Source of the DNA: Planctomycetota bacterium
GTDB taxonomy: Bacteria > Planctomycetota > UBA1135 > UBA2386
Direction of reading: 5' to 3'
Length of the DNA: 64,000 bases
Assembly (NCBI GenBank): GCA_965223545.1
Contig: OZ245006.1
Location: 5,312,001 to 5,376,000 of the forward strand
Shown here: piece after piece, positions 1 to 10,339 of the stretch
Layout: every line of letters begins with the position of its first letter
Position numbering within the stretch: position 1 is the stretch's first letter
Translations under genes and position numbers: made by a program
Notes under the pieces: model-generated
Seen by the model: the letters and a program-made list of their open reading frames with translations, nothing else
Told to the model about the DNA's origin: nothing
The model's database searches: none

Positions 1-2
1 TC

Positions 3-305
3 GACTACGCGCGCGGTCGGAGTGCGGAGAAGCGAGGCGGTGGCAGAAGCCGCGAGGCGGACTCTGCTGCGGCTGCCGTGGCGCATCGCGACCAAGGCGA
101 CCTGCCGGAGCGATTGCGCGCCGCGGTCGACCGCTTGCGCGAGCACCACCCGCGCGCGGCCGAGGTGGCGCGGTTGCGCATCTTCGAGCCGGTCACTTTG
201 ACCGAGATCGCCGAGCGCATCGGAGCCGCCCTGCGCACCGTGCAAAAGGACTGGCGCTTTGCCTGGAGCTGGCTCGAGCGCGAGCTCGAGCTCCGCCCGC
301 GATGA
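3..305 (+). CDS. ECF RNA polymerase sigma factor (TIGR02999-like, kinase-associated), 5'-truncated by the window edge
   Basis: Frame from nt 3 reads DYARGRSAEKRGG...LRIFEPVTLTEIAERIG..RTVQKDWRFAWSWL, typical of this ECF group. Stop overlaps the kinase start (ATGA). Confidence 0.85.
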   Translation, partial: DYARGRSAEKRGGGRSREADSAAAAVAHRDQGDLPERLRAAVDRLREHHPRAAEVARLRIFEPVTLTEIAERIGAALRTVQKDWRFAWSWLERELELRPR

Positions 306-2656
306 CCGACCGGCGCTTCCAGCGCCAGCTGCGCGAGTGGTTCGACCGGATCGAAGCGGCGCAGCGGAGCGAGTGGCCTGACTTGCTCGAGCGCGCCGAG
401 TGCGACGCCGCCGGGTTGCGTGCGGAGCTCGAGGCGCTGCTGCCGGTCGACGCGCTGCCGGACGCCATCGGCGGCTACCGCGTGCTCGGTCTGCTCGGGC
501 GGGGCGGGTTCAGCTCGGTCTACCGCGCGGCACAGGAGCACCCGGTGCGCCGCGAAGTCGCCATCAAGGTGCTTGACCGCGGATCCGATCCCGCTGCCCT
601 GCGGCGGCTGCTTTCGGTCGAGCGCGCGGCGCTCGAGCAGCTCGATCACCCGGGCGTGGCCAAGATTCTCGACGTCGGTGAGACCGAAGCCGGCCAACCG
701 TTCTTGGTCATCGAGTACGTCGAGGGCGACAGTCTCGTCGAGCACTGCCGTCGCCGTGGAATCGATCTACGCCAGCGCATCGCGCTGATGCTGGAGGTCG
801 CCGAGGTCGTGCGCCACGCGCACAGCGCGGAGGTCATCCACCGGGATCTCAAGCCGACCAACATCATGGTGCGCGCCGTCGACGGCTCGCCGGTCGTGCT
901 CGACTTCGGCATCGCCAAGCACCTGACCAAGCCGTCGACCGGGATGACCGGCCAGCTGCTGCTCGGCACGCTGGGCTACATGGCGCCGGAGCAAGTGTTG
1001 GGCCAGCCCGCGCGCACCGCGGTCGACGTCTACGGGCTCGGGGCGACGCTGTTCGAGTTGGCGGCCGGGCGGCCGCCGGTCGCCGGCCGGTCGGACCTCG
1101 ACGTCGCGCACTCCGTGTTGCACGAACCCGCGCCGCGGTTGGCCCGGTCGGCGGCGACGCCCTGGTTGGCCTCGGCGCCCGCCGCCCTGCGGCGCGATCT
1201 CGACATCGTGCTACAGACCGCATTGGCCAAGGAGCCCGAGCGGCGGTACGAGACGGTCGCCGCGTTTGCCGCCGATCTGCGCCAGTTGCTGGCAGCCGCG
1301 CCGGTCGCCGCCCATCCGCCCAGCTGGCAGTACCAGCTGCGCTGTTTTGCGCGCCGGCACCGCGCCGTCGTGCTCGCGGCCGCCGCGGTGGTGATCGCCG
1401 TGGTGGGGGGCGTCAGCGCGTTGGTGTACGGGTTGGGCCAGGCGCGTGCCGAGCGTCGCGATCAACAGGCGATCAACGCGTTCTTGTTCGAAGACGTGCT
1501 GGCCCCGGTGTCCATGGACCGTCTCGGCCCCAGGGTGACCGGCCTCGACCTGATGCGGCAGGCCGGTGCGCGCATCGACCAGCGGTTCTCCGCCTCGCCC
1601 CATCTCGCGCGGCGGCTGCACCTGACCTTTGCCGAGCTGATGACCGAGATGCAGGCGTTCACCGCGGCGGACGAGCACCTCGACGGTGCGGCGCGGCTGC
1701 CGGCGGTGGATGCGGCGGATCGTCTCCGGCTGCCGGTCGCCCGCGCCGGGCTGATGTTGCAGCGCGAACAGAACCAGCAGGCCCTGGCGCGGCTGCCGGG
1801 CTTGGTCGAGGAGTGTGTGCAGGCGTTGGGCGAGCTCCACTCGCTGTCGCGGCGCGCGCTGCTGGCCCACGCGCAGGCTCGGCTGGCGGTCGACGAGTTC
1901 GCTGCAGCCGAGGAGCTCGCCGGGCGTGCGCTCGCCCTCCATGGCCGAGTGGGCGATGCACCCATCGCGGAAGTCCGCGCCGCCGGGGTGTTGGCATGGG
2001 CGACGGGGGGCAGGGGCGACACCGCTGCCGAGATCGGCTTGCTCGAAGAGGCGCTGGCGCGCGTCGATGCGCTGGCGACGCCGGCGCGGGGGTTGCTGAC
2101 CGAGATCTCGCACAACTTGGGCGTGACGCATTTGGCGGCCGGAGAGGTCGACCGTGCCGTTCCCCATCTGCAGCGCGCCGCGGAGGTCGCGGCAGAGATC
2201 TTGCCGGCGCAGCACGGCAGCCGGATTGCCATCGAGGATGCCCTGGCGGGCGTGCTGTTCGCGCGCCGCGACTACGCCGAAGCCGCCGCGCTGCGGCGCC
2301 GCCTGGTGGTCGAGCGCACCGCGTTGCTGGGGGCGACCGCCGAGCCGACGCTGCGCACCCGGCTCAACTTGGGCCTCTCGCTGCAGGCCGCCGGTGAGGC
2401 GGCGGCGGCGATCGACTGCCTGGAGGAGGCGTTGGCCGCCGCGCGCGGGGTCGAGGCGCCACCGGTCTTGGTCGCCAGGCTGGAGAACGGCCTGGCGCAC
2501 GCGCTGGTCGACCAGGACCGGGACGCCGAGATCGTCGGTCTCCTGGTGTCGGCTGTGCCGGTGCTGCGGCGCTATCTCGATGCCACGCATCCGACCGTGG
2601 TGGCCGCCGTGCGGCTCGCGGCGCGCTATCCGGAGACTGGCATCGGCGGACCCTGA
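302..2656 (+). CDS. Ser/Thr protein kinase with TM segment and C-terminal TPR-like helical repeats
   Basis: Motifs GRGGFSSVY, VAIK, HRDLKPTN, DFG, GTLGYMAPEQ; hydrophobic stretch after the kinase domain; TPR-like repeats. Confidence 0.93.
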   Translation: MTDRRFQRQLREWFDRIEAAQRSEWPDLLERAECDAAGLRAELEALLPVDALPDAIGGYRVLGLLGRGGFSSVYRAAQEHPVRREVAIKVLDRGSDPAALRRLLSVERAALEQLDHPGVAKILDVGETEAGQPFLVIEYVEGDSLVEHCRRRGIDLRQRIALMLEVAEVVRHAHSAEVIHRDLKPTNIMVRAVDGSPVVLDFGIAKHLTKPSTGMTGQLLLGTLGYMAPEQVLGQPARTAVDVYGLGATLFELAAGRPPVAGRSDLDVAHSVLHEPAPRLARSAATPWLASAPAALRRDLDIVLQTALAKEPERRYETVAAFAADLRQLLAAAPVAAHPPSWQYQLRCFARRHRAVVLAAAAVVIAVVGGVSALVYGLGQARAERRDQQAINAFLFEDVLAPVSMDRLGPRVTGLDLMRQAGARIDQRFSASPHLARRLHLTFAELMTEMQAFTAADEHLDGAARLPAVDAADRLRLPVARAGLMLQREQNQQALARLPGLVEECVQALGELHSLSRRALLAHAQARLAVDEFAAAEELAGRALALHGRVGDAPIAEVRAAGVLAWATGGRGDTAAEIGLLEEALARVDALATPARGLLTEISHNLGVTHLAAGEVDRAVPHLQRAAEVAAEILPAQHGSRIAIEDALAGVLFARRDYAEAAALRRRLVVERTALLGATAEPTLRTRLNLGLSLQAAGEAAAAIDCLEEALAAARGVEAPPVLVARLENGLAHALVDQDRDAEIVGLLVSAVPVLRRYLDATHPTVVAAVRLAARYPETGIGGP

Positions 2657-2724
2657 CCGGCCGGGCGCCGTGGCGCCAAGGGTCTCCCCTTGTGCCGCGC
2701 GCGTCGATCGCCACGATCACGGCC

Positions 2725-3906
2725 ATGGACCGGATCTGCATCGTCGGGGCCTGCCGGACGCCGATCGGCAAGTTTTTGGGCACGTTGTCGCCGCTCGGTG
2801 CCGTCGATCTCGGTGCCGCCGCGGTGCGCGCCGTCTGCGATCGCGCCGGCGTGCCGGCGGCCGACGTCGACGAGGTCATTCTCGGCCAGGCGCGTCAGCT
2901 GGGCTCTGGCCCCAACCCCGCTCGGCAGGTGGCGATCCGCGCCGGCGTGCCCGAGACCGCGCCGGCGATGACCATCAACAAGGCGTGCGGCTCGAGTCTC
3001 AAGGCCGTCGACCTCGCCCGCGCAGCGCTGCTGTTGGACGGCCGGCGCATGGTGGTGGCGGGCGGCATGGAGAGCATGACCAACATCCCGTTCCTGTTGC
3101 CGCAGATGCGCCACGGCTACCGGCTGGGGCACGCGCGCGCGGTGGACGGCAACTACCGGGATGGCTTCACCTGCGGCATCCTCGACGAGCCGATGGGGAT
3201 GACGGCCGAGTACTTGGCCGACGACTACGGCATCGACCGGGACGAGCAGGATCGCTACGCGGTGCGCAGCCAGCAGCGCGCGGAGGCGGCGCAGAAGGCC
3301 GGCGCGTTCGCCGCCGAGATCGTGCCGATCGAGGTGCCCGGCCGGCGCGGCGCGGTGACGACGCTGGCGCACGACGAGCACGTGCGCCACGGCGCCACCG
3401 CCGAGGGCATGGCCAAGCTGCCGCCGGTGTTTCGCGCCGAAGGCGGCACGGTGCACGCCGGCAATTCCTCCGGCATCACCGACGGCGCCGCCGCGCTGTT
3501 GCTGACGACCGAGGCCGAAGCCGAGCGCCGCGGGCTGACGCCGCTGGCGTTCGTCGGTGCCTCGGCGGTCGCCGGGGTCTCGCCGCGCATCATGGGAATC
3601 GGCCCGGTGCCGGCGGTGCGCGCGCTGTGTGAGAAGAGCGGGCGCGCGCTGGCCGATTTCGACTTGATCGAGCTCAACGAGGCGTTCGCGGCCCAGGTGA
3701 TCGCCTGTGACCGCGACCTGGGCCTCGATGCCGACAAGCTCAACGTGCACGGCGGGGCGATTGCCCTGGGCCACCCGATCGGCGCCACCGGCGCGCGCAT
3801 CGTCGTCACTTTGCTGCACGCGATGAAGCGTCACGACGCGCGGCACGGCCTGGCCACCCTTTGTATGAGCGGTGGAATGGGGATGGCGGTCGCGTTCGAG
3901 CGCTGA
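2725..3906 (+). CDS. Acetyl-CoA C-acetyltransferase (thiolase)
   Basis: Motifs INKACGS, NEAFAAQ, GGAIALGHPIGATG, CMSGGMG; ATG at 2725. Confidence 0.95.
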   Translation: MDRICIVGACRTPIGKFLGTLSPLGAVDLGAAAVRAVCDRAGVPAADVDEVILGQARQLGSGPNPARQVAIRAGVPETAPAMTINKACGSSLKAVDLARAALLLDGRRMVVAGGMESMTNIPFLLPQMRHGYRLGHARAVDGNYRDGFTCGILDEPMGMTAEYLADDYGIDRDEQDRYAVRSQQRAEAAQKAGAFAAEIVPIEVPGRRGAVTTLAHDEHVRHGATAEGMAKLPPVFRAEGGTVHAGNSSGITDGAAALLLTTEAEAERRGLTPLAFVGASAVAGVSPRIMGIGPVPAVRALCEKSGRALADFDLIELNEAFAAQVIACDRDLGLDADKLNVHGGAIALGHPIGATGARIVVTLLHAMKRHDARHGLATLCMSGGMGMAVAFER

Positions 3907-4033
3907 AGTCCTCGCCGGCGTTGAGGCGGTCGCCGTGCCGCCCTACATTGGCCCGCGCCGGAGCCGTGGCCGAGGCTGGTGCTCGGTCGGAGGCTTCGAT
4001 TCTGCCCTGTCGAGGGCATGGTCGAGGGCACTG

Positions 4034-4981
4034 ATGATTTTGCCGATGAACACATTCTGCAGCTTGGTGGTCGCCGCGGTCGCGGCGGCCGGTCTCTCCG
4101 GGCAAGACGCCGTCAAGGCGACGTTGAGCCCCGTCACTGAAGTGCTGTCCGTGGGGCAAACCGCGGAGTTCGTCTTGCGCGTCGAAGTGCTGGAGGACAC
4201 CGAGCTCAGCGCGACGGTGTTGTCGGGCATGCAGCTCGAAGTCGTGGTCGGGGATGCCGCGCCGGCGATGATCGGCCGCGCCCTCGACGGCACGGTGAAG
4301 GTCGCGGCGGGCACCGTCGTCGAGCGTCGGCTCGCGGTGGACGTGCCCGCGCCGGCGGAGGCGGGCACCGGCTTGACGCGGGTCGGGGTCACCTGGCCCG
4401 GAATCTCCGGGGCGACCACTTCGCTGCGCATCGCGCCCGACCAGAGTGGCATCGACGTCGAGACGCTCGACCTCGAGAAGACCCAGGTCCTGCTGGTGAC
4501 CAATTTCGGCAGCATGACCGTCGGCTTCTTGCCGGACGACGCGCCGAACCACTCCAAGAACTTCATCAAGCTGGCGAAGTCCGGCTTCTACGACGGCACG
4601 CGGTTCCACCGCGTGATGCGCGGCTTCATGATCCAGGGCGGTTGTCCCAACACCAAGGAGGGCGCGACCGGAACGCCCGGTACCGGCAACCCCGGCTACA
4701 CCATCGATCGCGAGGTCAGCGATGTCCGCCACAACCGGGGCGTGCTGTCGATGGCGCGCGGGCCGGACCCGAACTCCGCCGGCAGCCAGTTCTTCGTCCT
4801 GCACGGGGCGGCGCCGTGGCTCGACGGCGAGTACTCCGCGTTCGGCAAGTTGGCGGCGGGCGAGGACACGCTCGACAAGATCGCCGACGTTCCCGTCACC
4901 GCAAGTCCCACCGGTGAGGCATCGGTGCCGACCGTGGCCGTCCATCTGCACCGCGCGATCGTGTTGCCGGTCGCCAAGTGA
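4034..4981 (+). CDS. Secreted cyclophilin-type peptidyl-prolyl isomerase with N-terminal extra domain
   Basis: Signal peptide ending LSG-Q; motifs FHRVMRGFMIQGG, GVLSMAR, SAGSQFF, WLDGEY. Start could be 4034 or 4046. Confidence 0.9.
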   Translation: MILPMNTFCSLVVAAVAAAGLSGQDAVKATLSPVTEVLSVGQTAEFVLRVEVLEDTELSATVLSGMQLEVVVGDAAPAMIGRALDGTVKVAAGTVVERRLAVDVPAPAEAGTGLTRVGVTWPGISGATTSLRIAPDQSGIDVETLDLEKTQVLLVTNFGSMTVGFLPDDAPNHSKNFIKLAKSGFYDGTRFHRVMRGFMIQGGCPNTKEGATGTPGTGNPGYTIDREVSDVRHNRGVLSMARGPDPNSAGSQFFVLHGAAPWLDGEYSAFGKLAAGEDTLDKIADVPVTASPTGEASVPTVAVHLHRAIVLPVAK

Positions 4982-4995
4982 AGCAGGAGCGATTG

Positions 4996-5570
4996 ATGAT
5001 CGATCTCGACAATCACGACCTCGGCACTCTCGAGGCCGTGTTCGCCACCGACAAGGGTGAGCTGGTGTTCGGCTTCTACCCCGAGCAAGCGCCGGGGCAC
5101 GTCAAGAACTTCCTCGAGCTCGCGCAGAAGGGCTTCTACGACGGGCTCGCCTTCCACCGCGTGGTGCGCAACTTCATGGTGCAGGGCGGATGTCCCAACA
5201 CACGTGAGGGAGAGGGCGGCATGCCCGGCACCGGGGGGCCCGGCTACCAGATCGATGCGGAGTTCAGCGACCTGCCGCACCATCGCGGGGTGCTGTCGAT
5301 GGCGCGCAGCCGCGATCCCAACTCGGCGGGCAGCCAGTTCTTCATCGTCCACGCCGAGCACGCCACCCACCTCGATGGCCAGTACACGGTGTTCGGCTTC
5401 ATGAAGGACGGCCACGACGTGCTCGACGAGTTGGCGGGCGTCGACGTCGACTTCGGTCCCGGCGGCGAGCGCAGCGTGCCCAAGGAGCGCATCGGCCTGC
5501 AGTCGGTATCGGTGCGCGAGGCGCCGGCCGAGGCACCCGCCGACGGCGGAGCGACTGAGGGGGAGCAGTC

Positions 5571-5574
<4 letters not shown>
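4996..5574 (+). CDS. Cytoplasmic cyclophilin-type peptidyl-prolyl isomerase
   Basis: Motifs FHRVVRNFMVQGG, SAGSQFF, HLDGQYTVFG; AGGAG RBS before ATG 4996. Confidence 0.92.
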
Positions 5575-6337
<763 letters not shown>

Positions 6338-6356
<19 letters not shown>

Positions 6357-7561
6357 GCAGCGACGGCGGGCCCTCGCCGTTCGGCGAGCTCGTCGCGGCG
6401 CCATCGGGATCTCCGCTGGCGTTGCTGCACTCCGGCGGCCGTGGACCCAGCCACCTGTTCGTCGACCCCGTCGAGGCGCTGACGGTGGTGGCGGCCGATT
6501 GGCCGATCGCATGGGAGCAGCTCGAGGCGTTTCTCGCGCGTCACGCGCAGCGGGCTTGTGTCGGCTATCTCGGCTACGACCTGCGCGATGCGGTCGAGCC
6601 GCTGCCGCGGTCGATCGAGGAGGACTTCGAAGTGCCGGTGTTGCACTTCGCCGCTTACGACGGCCGTCGAACCTGGCCCGCCGCGCCGGTCCCCGCGCCG
6701 GCGTCGACGGGCGATTCCGCGCATGACGTGCGCCCGCATACGAGCCGCGCGGACTACGAGCGGCGGGTTGCCCGCGTCGTCGAGCACATCCGCGCCGGCG
6801 ACTTGTTCCAGGCCAATCTGACCCAACCGTTCTCCGGCGAGTACCGCGGCGACGCACGCCAGCTGTTTTGGCGACTCTGCGCCGCGAGCCCGGCACCCCA
6901 GGCGGTCTACCTCGAGACCGGCACCGGGGTGGCGGTGCTGTCGTCGTCGCCGGAGGAGTTCTTGCACCTCGACGGCCGGGCGGTGCGCACCCGGCCGATC
7001 AAGGGGACGCGGCCGCGCGCCGCCGACCCCGCGCGCGATGCGGCCCTGCTGGCGGCGCTGCGCCGCAGCGAGAAGGACCAGGCGGAGCTCGCGATGATCG
7101 TCGACCTGATGCGCAACGACCTGGGCAAGGTGGCGGAGATCGGCTCGGTGCGCGTCGGTCCGTTCCCCGAGCACGACACGTTTGCCCAGGTGCACCACCT
7201 GTTCGCCACGGTCTCGGCGACGCTGCGCAAAGACGTCGGCATCGTCGACTTGCTGCGCGCGACGTTCCCGCCCGGCAGCATCACCGGGGCGCCCAAGCTG
7301 CGGTGCATGGAGCTGCTCGAGGAGCTCGAGCTGGTGCGGCGCGGGGTCTACACCGGCGCGATTGGTTGGATCGGTCCGGGTGCGAGGCTGCACCTCAACG
7401 TCGCCATCCGGACGATGGTGGTCCGCGAGGGGCGGGTGCGCTTCAACGTCGGCGGTGGGATCACCGCCGACAGCGACCCCGCATCCGAGTACGAGGAGAC
7501 GCTGCACAAGGCCGCCGGCATGCTGCGCGCGCTGGGGTGCGAGCCCGAGGGGGTGGAGTGA
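6338..7561 (+). CDS. pabB: Aminodeoxychorismate synthase component I (chorismate-binding, PabB/TrpE family)
   Basis: Motifs SSSPEEFL, RPIKGT, AELAMIVDLMRNDLG, FPPGSITGAPK, LNVAIRT; next to an aminotransferase IV gene. The GTG start at 6338 is inferred. Confidence 0.85.
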
Positions 7562-8385
7562 GTGTCGCCGCACGCCGTGTGTGGCTCGACGGCGTGTGGG
7601 TTCCCGCTGGTACCCCCGGCGTCCCGGTCGACGACCCCGGCTTCTGCCTCGGGCTCGGCCTGTTCGAGACGATGGGCGCCGAGGGCGGAGAGCTGCCGCT
7701 GTGGGAGGCCCACTGTCGGCGGCTGGCGGCGAGCGCGGCGGTGTTCGGCTTGCCGCCGGAGTTTCCGGCCGAGCTGCGCGTGGCCGCTGCCGCGCTGCTG
7801 CGACACAACGGCCACGAAGACGGCATCCTGCGGTTGTCGCTGGCGGGTGCGGCCGGCGGCGGGGCGCGCTGGTCGATGACGACCCGCGACCGCTCGCGGC
7901 GGCCGGCGCCGGTGCGGCTCAGCGCGGTGCGCACCGGGCGTTCGCCGGCCGACCCGACCTTGGCGCACAAGTGCGCTTCGCGCGCAGCCCTGGTCATTGC
8001 CCAGCGGCGCGCCCTCGCGCGCGGCGCCGACGACGCGCTGCTCCTCGATACGAAGGGCCGCGTCCTGGAGGCGGGCAACGGCAACGTGTTCTGGATCGGA
8101 GTCGACCGCGTGCTGCGCACGCCGCAGGCCGACGGTGCGCTGCTGCCGGGCATCGCTCGCGGTGTGCTGCTGTCTGCCTGGGCGGGAGACGGCGGCGATG
8201 TCGAAGAGGTCGACAGCGGAATGGATGATCTGGATCGGGCCGACGTGATCTTGGTCACCAACGCGGTCTACGGCCCGCGGATTGCCGTGCTCGGCGACGG
8301 TGCCGCGCCGACCGAGCGCGGGGCGGAAGCCGCCGAGCGCGCCGCGGTGCTGTGGCGTCGCCGTCTGGATGCGGAGTCGCGGTAG
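7558..8385 (+). CDS. Aminotransferase class IV (PabC / 4-amino-4-deoxychorismate lyase-like)
   Basis: Motifs GLFETM, HCRRL, AHK, EAGNGNVF, LLPGIAR, TNAVYG; GTGA overlap with pabB. Confidence 0.85.
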   Translation: MSVAARRVWLDGVWVPAGTPGVPVDDPGFCLGLGLFETMGAEGGELPLWEAHCRRLAASAAVFGLPPEFPAELRVAAAALLRHNGHEDGILRLSLAGAAGGGARWSMTTRDRSRRPAPVRLSAVRTGRSPADPTLAHKCASRAALVIAQRRALARGADDALLLDTKGRVLEAGNGNVFWIGVDRVLRTPQADGALLPGIARGVLLSAWAGDGGDVEEVDSGMDDLDRADVILVTNAVYGPRIAVLGDGAAPTERGAEAAERAAVLWRRRLDAESR

Positions 8386-8451
8386 CGCATCGGTTGGCCG
8401 CGCACGCCGGTTCACTCAACCTGGAGCCGGCAAAGCGCCGATGGCGTCGGC

Positions 8452-9033
8452 ATGGCGAAGACGGCGCAACGGATCGAGACTCCCTCTCCCTCTCCGACCG
8501 CTCCCCGCGAGCGTCGGCCCTTCGCGCGACTCGAGCCGACCACCGGCTCGGCCGCGCTGCCCGGTGAGCTGCACCAGGGCCTCACCAATCTCGAGCTCTG
8601 TGTCGGCACGCAGATCGCGATGCTGACCCGAGCGCTCGTCACCTACACCCTGACGGCCGGTCGGGCCGACACCATCGGCCGTCGCACGCCGCCGACGATC
8701 AGCGTGCTCAACCGCCGCCGCCGCGCCGCACGCCTCTGGATCCAAGCGATCCTCGCCGGCCGCGTCGACGACGACACCCGGCACACGGTCGCCACCTCGT
8801 TGATGCCCAAGCTGATCGGTTGCGGCCCCGAGATCCACCGCGCCGAGCGCGCGGGCGAGCTCCTCGTCGAGTACGTGCGCGGCGCCATGCACGCGGCCAT
8901 CCTCGATCGTCCAGCGGCCAACCTGGTCCCCGAAGCGGCGGCCATCCACGCCCTGGACACCGTGCTGGCCAACCACCTCGACGCCTTCGTCCAAACCGCG
9001 CGCGCCCGCCGCCAGGCGGCGCACACCGAGTAG
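8452..9033 (+). CDS. Hypothetical protein (mostly helical)
   Basis: 193-aa ORF with host-like GC3 bias, followed by a terminator. Confidence 0.7.
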   Translation: MAKTAQRIETPSPSPTAPRERRPFARLEPTTGSAALPGELHQGLTNLELCVGTQIAMLTRALVTYTLTAGRADTIGRRTPPTISVLNRRRRAARLWIQAILAGRVDDDTRHTVATSLMPKLIGCGPEIHRAERAGELLVEYVRGAMHAAILDRPAANLVPEAAAIHALDTVLANHLDAFVQTARARRQAAHTE

Positions 9034-9061
9034 CGCGCAACCCAAACCCCGAGGCCCGTCC

Positions 9062-9108
9062 CGGCGCGCGGCCCCCCCGGGCGGTGGGGGCCGCGCGCCG
9101 TTTCTTTC
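9062..9108 (+). terminator. Rho-independent terminator
   Basis: 15-bp stem CGGCGCGCGGCCCCC / GGGGGCCGCGCGCCG followed by TTTCTTTC. Confidence 0.75.
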
Positions 9109-9163
9109 GCCGCCTCGCCCTTGCGGCGACGGTGGGGCACGCCTAGAGTTCCCCGCCCCCTGC

Positions 9164-9240
9164 GTACCGGTAGCTCAATTGGATAGAGCACCTGACTACG
9201 GATCAGGAGGTTGGGGGTTCAAGTCCTCCCCGGTACGCCA
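9164..9240 (+). tRNA. tRNA-Arg (anticodon ACG)
   Basis: Cloverleaf: acceptor GTACCGG/CCGGTAC, D-arm GCTC/GAGC, anticodon arm CCTGA-CTACGGA-TCAGG, T-loop TTCAAGT, encoded CCA; 77 nt. Confidence 0.97.
9195..9240 (+). repeat. att core, tRNA-side copy (46 bp)
   Basis: ACTACGGATCAGGAGGTTGGGGGTTCAAGTCCTCCCCGGTACGCCA, identical to 27024-27069. Confidence 0.95.
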
Positions 9241-9307
9241 CTCCAAGTGCCGGTGACATCGAAGGTTGTCGCCGGTCCTTGTTGAGTCTCGGTCCAGTGC
9301 TTCAGCG

Positions 9308-9330
9308 GCTGAGGTAGGGAATAGGTAGGT
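9308..9330 (+). repeat. Putative integrase arm-type binding sites (AGGTAGG repeats)
   Basis: GCTGAGGTAGGGAATAGGTAGGT matches 26893-26915 at 22 of 23 positions. Confidence 0.65.
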
Positions 9331-9388
9331 TGTCCGCGATTCTACCTGGTGGCGTCCCGTCCTGCGACGATCCCGCGCCGACCGCCGC

Positions 9389-9976
9389 ATGGATGCGCAG
9401 CGCGGGGTAGCGTTGCGTATGAGGGGAAACCGCAATGAACGGTCGGGAACGGTCGCCGGTGAACGGTGGGCACGGCACTACGTCAGCCGGAGCGAGGCGC
9501 TGGACGTGATCAGCAGGCGCGGCGACAACCTCGCCTTGCCGCGCTGCGTCGCCGAGGACCCCGACGAGTGGGCGGGCGTTGTCAACCCGTCGCGCGAGTT
9601 CGTCGCCGCGTTCTACAGGGCCGCCACCGACGTGCTAGAGAACGAGATCGCCGAGGAGATGATCTTCGCGGGGATCCCGCACGAGGGTTTGTGGGTCACC
9701 AGTCTTGACCGCGCCTGGATCCGGCCAGAACGTGCGGCCGAGGCGGTAGCCTGGCTCCGCGAGCGCGGCGTCCGTCCGCGCAAGGGCAAGTTCAAGAGCC
9801 GAGAACTCGGCCGGGCCCTGCGCCGGCTCGGCGTGGACTTCGCCGACGACCCCGTTCTGTGGTCTGACGGTGCCTTGTTCGAGATCGACTCGCGTCTCAG
9901 AGTGAGCCGAAAAACTCACAACCCGGGCCGTCGCCTGGTGGCCCGTTCCGACCCGGGCTATAATCAAAGAAACTAG
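9389..9976 (+). CDS. Hypothetical protein, first gene of the element
   Basis: 195-aa ORF with plausible codon usage; start uncertain (9389 or 9419). Confidence 0.6.
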   Translation: MDAQRGVALRMRGNRNERSGTVAGERWARHYVSRSEALDVISRRGDNLALPRCVAEDPDEWAGVVNPSREFVAAFYRAATDVLENEIAEEMIFAGIPHEGLWVTSLDRAWIRPERAAEAVAWLRERGVRPRKGKFKSRELGRALRRLGVDFADDPVLWSDGALFEIDSRLRVSRKTHNPGRRLVARSDPGYNQRN

Positions 9977-10114
9977 TTGCAGCCCGGGCCTGCCTCGCCC
10001 GGGTGATCGCGAGCAAGTGGAACGAGCGGGCGGCGATGGCGTCGCAAAAGGCCGCTCTTAGTTGGGGCTTCGATGTAGCGGCTCGTGGCAGAAACCTGAG
10101 AAGGAATCTGTCAG

Positions 10115-10339
10115 ATGAACCGTTCCGAGAACGCTGTCGCCCGATGGGTGGCGACAAAGGCTGCCGCGACATACGTCGGTCTGCACGAAGACACGCTTAG
10201 AAAACTCCGCCGCACGGGCGGCCCGCGCTACGCGCGCGTCGGGGGCGCAATCCGGTATGACATCCGCGAGTTGGACGCCTGGATGGGCGAGCAAACGTTC
10301 GCCAGCACCGCCGAGGAAGCGGCAGGGGGTGCCAAGTGA
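10115..10339 (+). CDS. Excisionase/AlpA-like helix-turn-helix protein
   Basis: TKAAATYVGLHEDTLRKLR..GGPRYARVGGAIRYDIRELDAWM fits the MerR-like Xis pattern; GTGA-coupled to the primase. Confidence 0.85.
   Translation: MNRSENAVARWVATKAAATYVGLHEDTLRKLRRTGGPRYARVGGAIRYDIRELDAWMGEQTFASTAEEAAGGAK

Noticed and set aside
8416..8442. TCAA...GCCGAT as a sigma28-type promoter
   Set aside because: The 17-nt spacing is off consensus and the match is too weak in GC-rich DNA.
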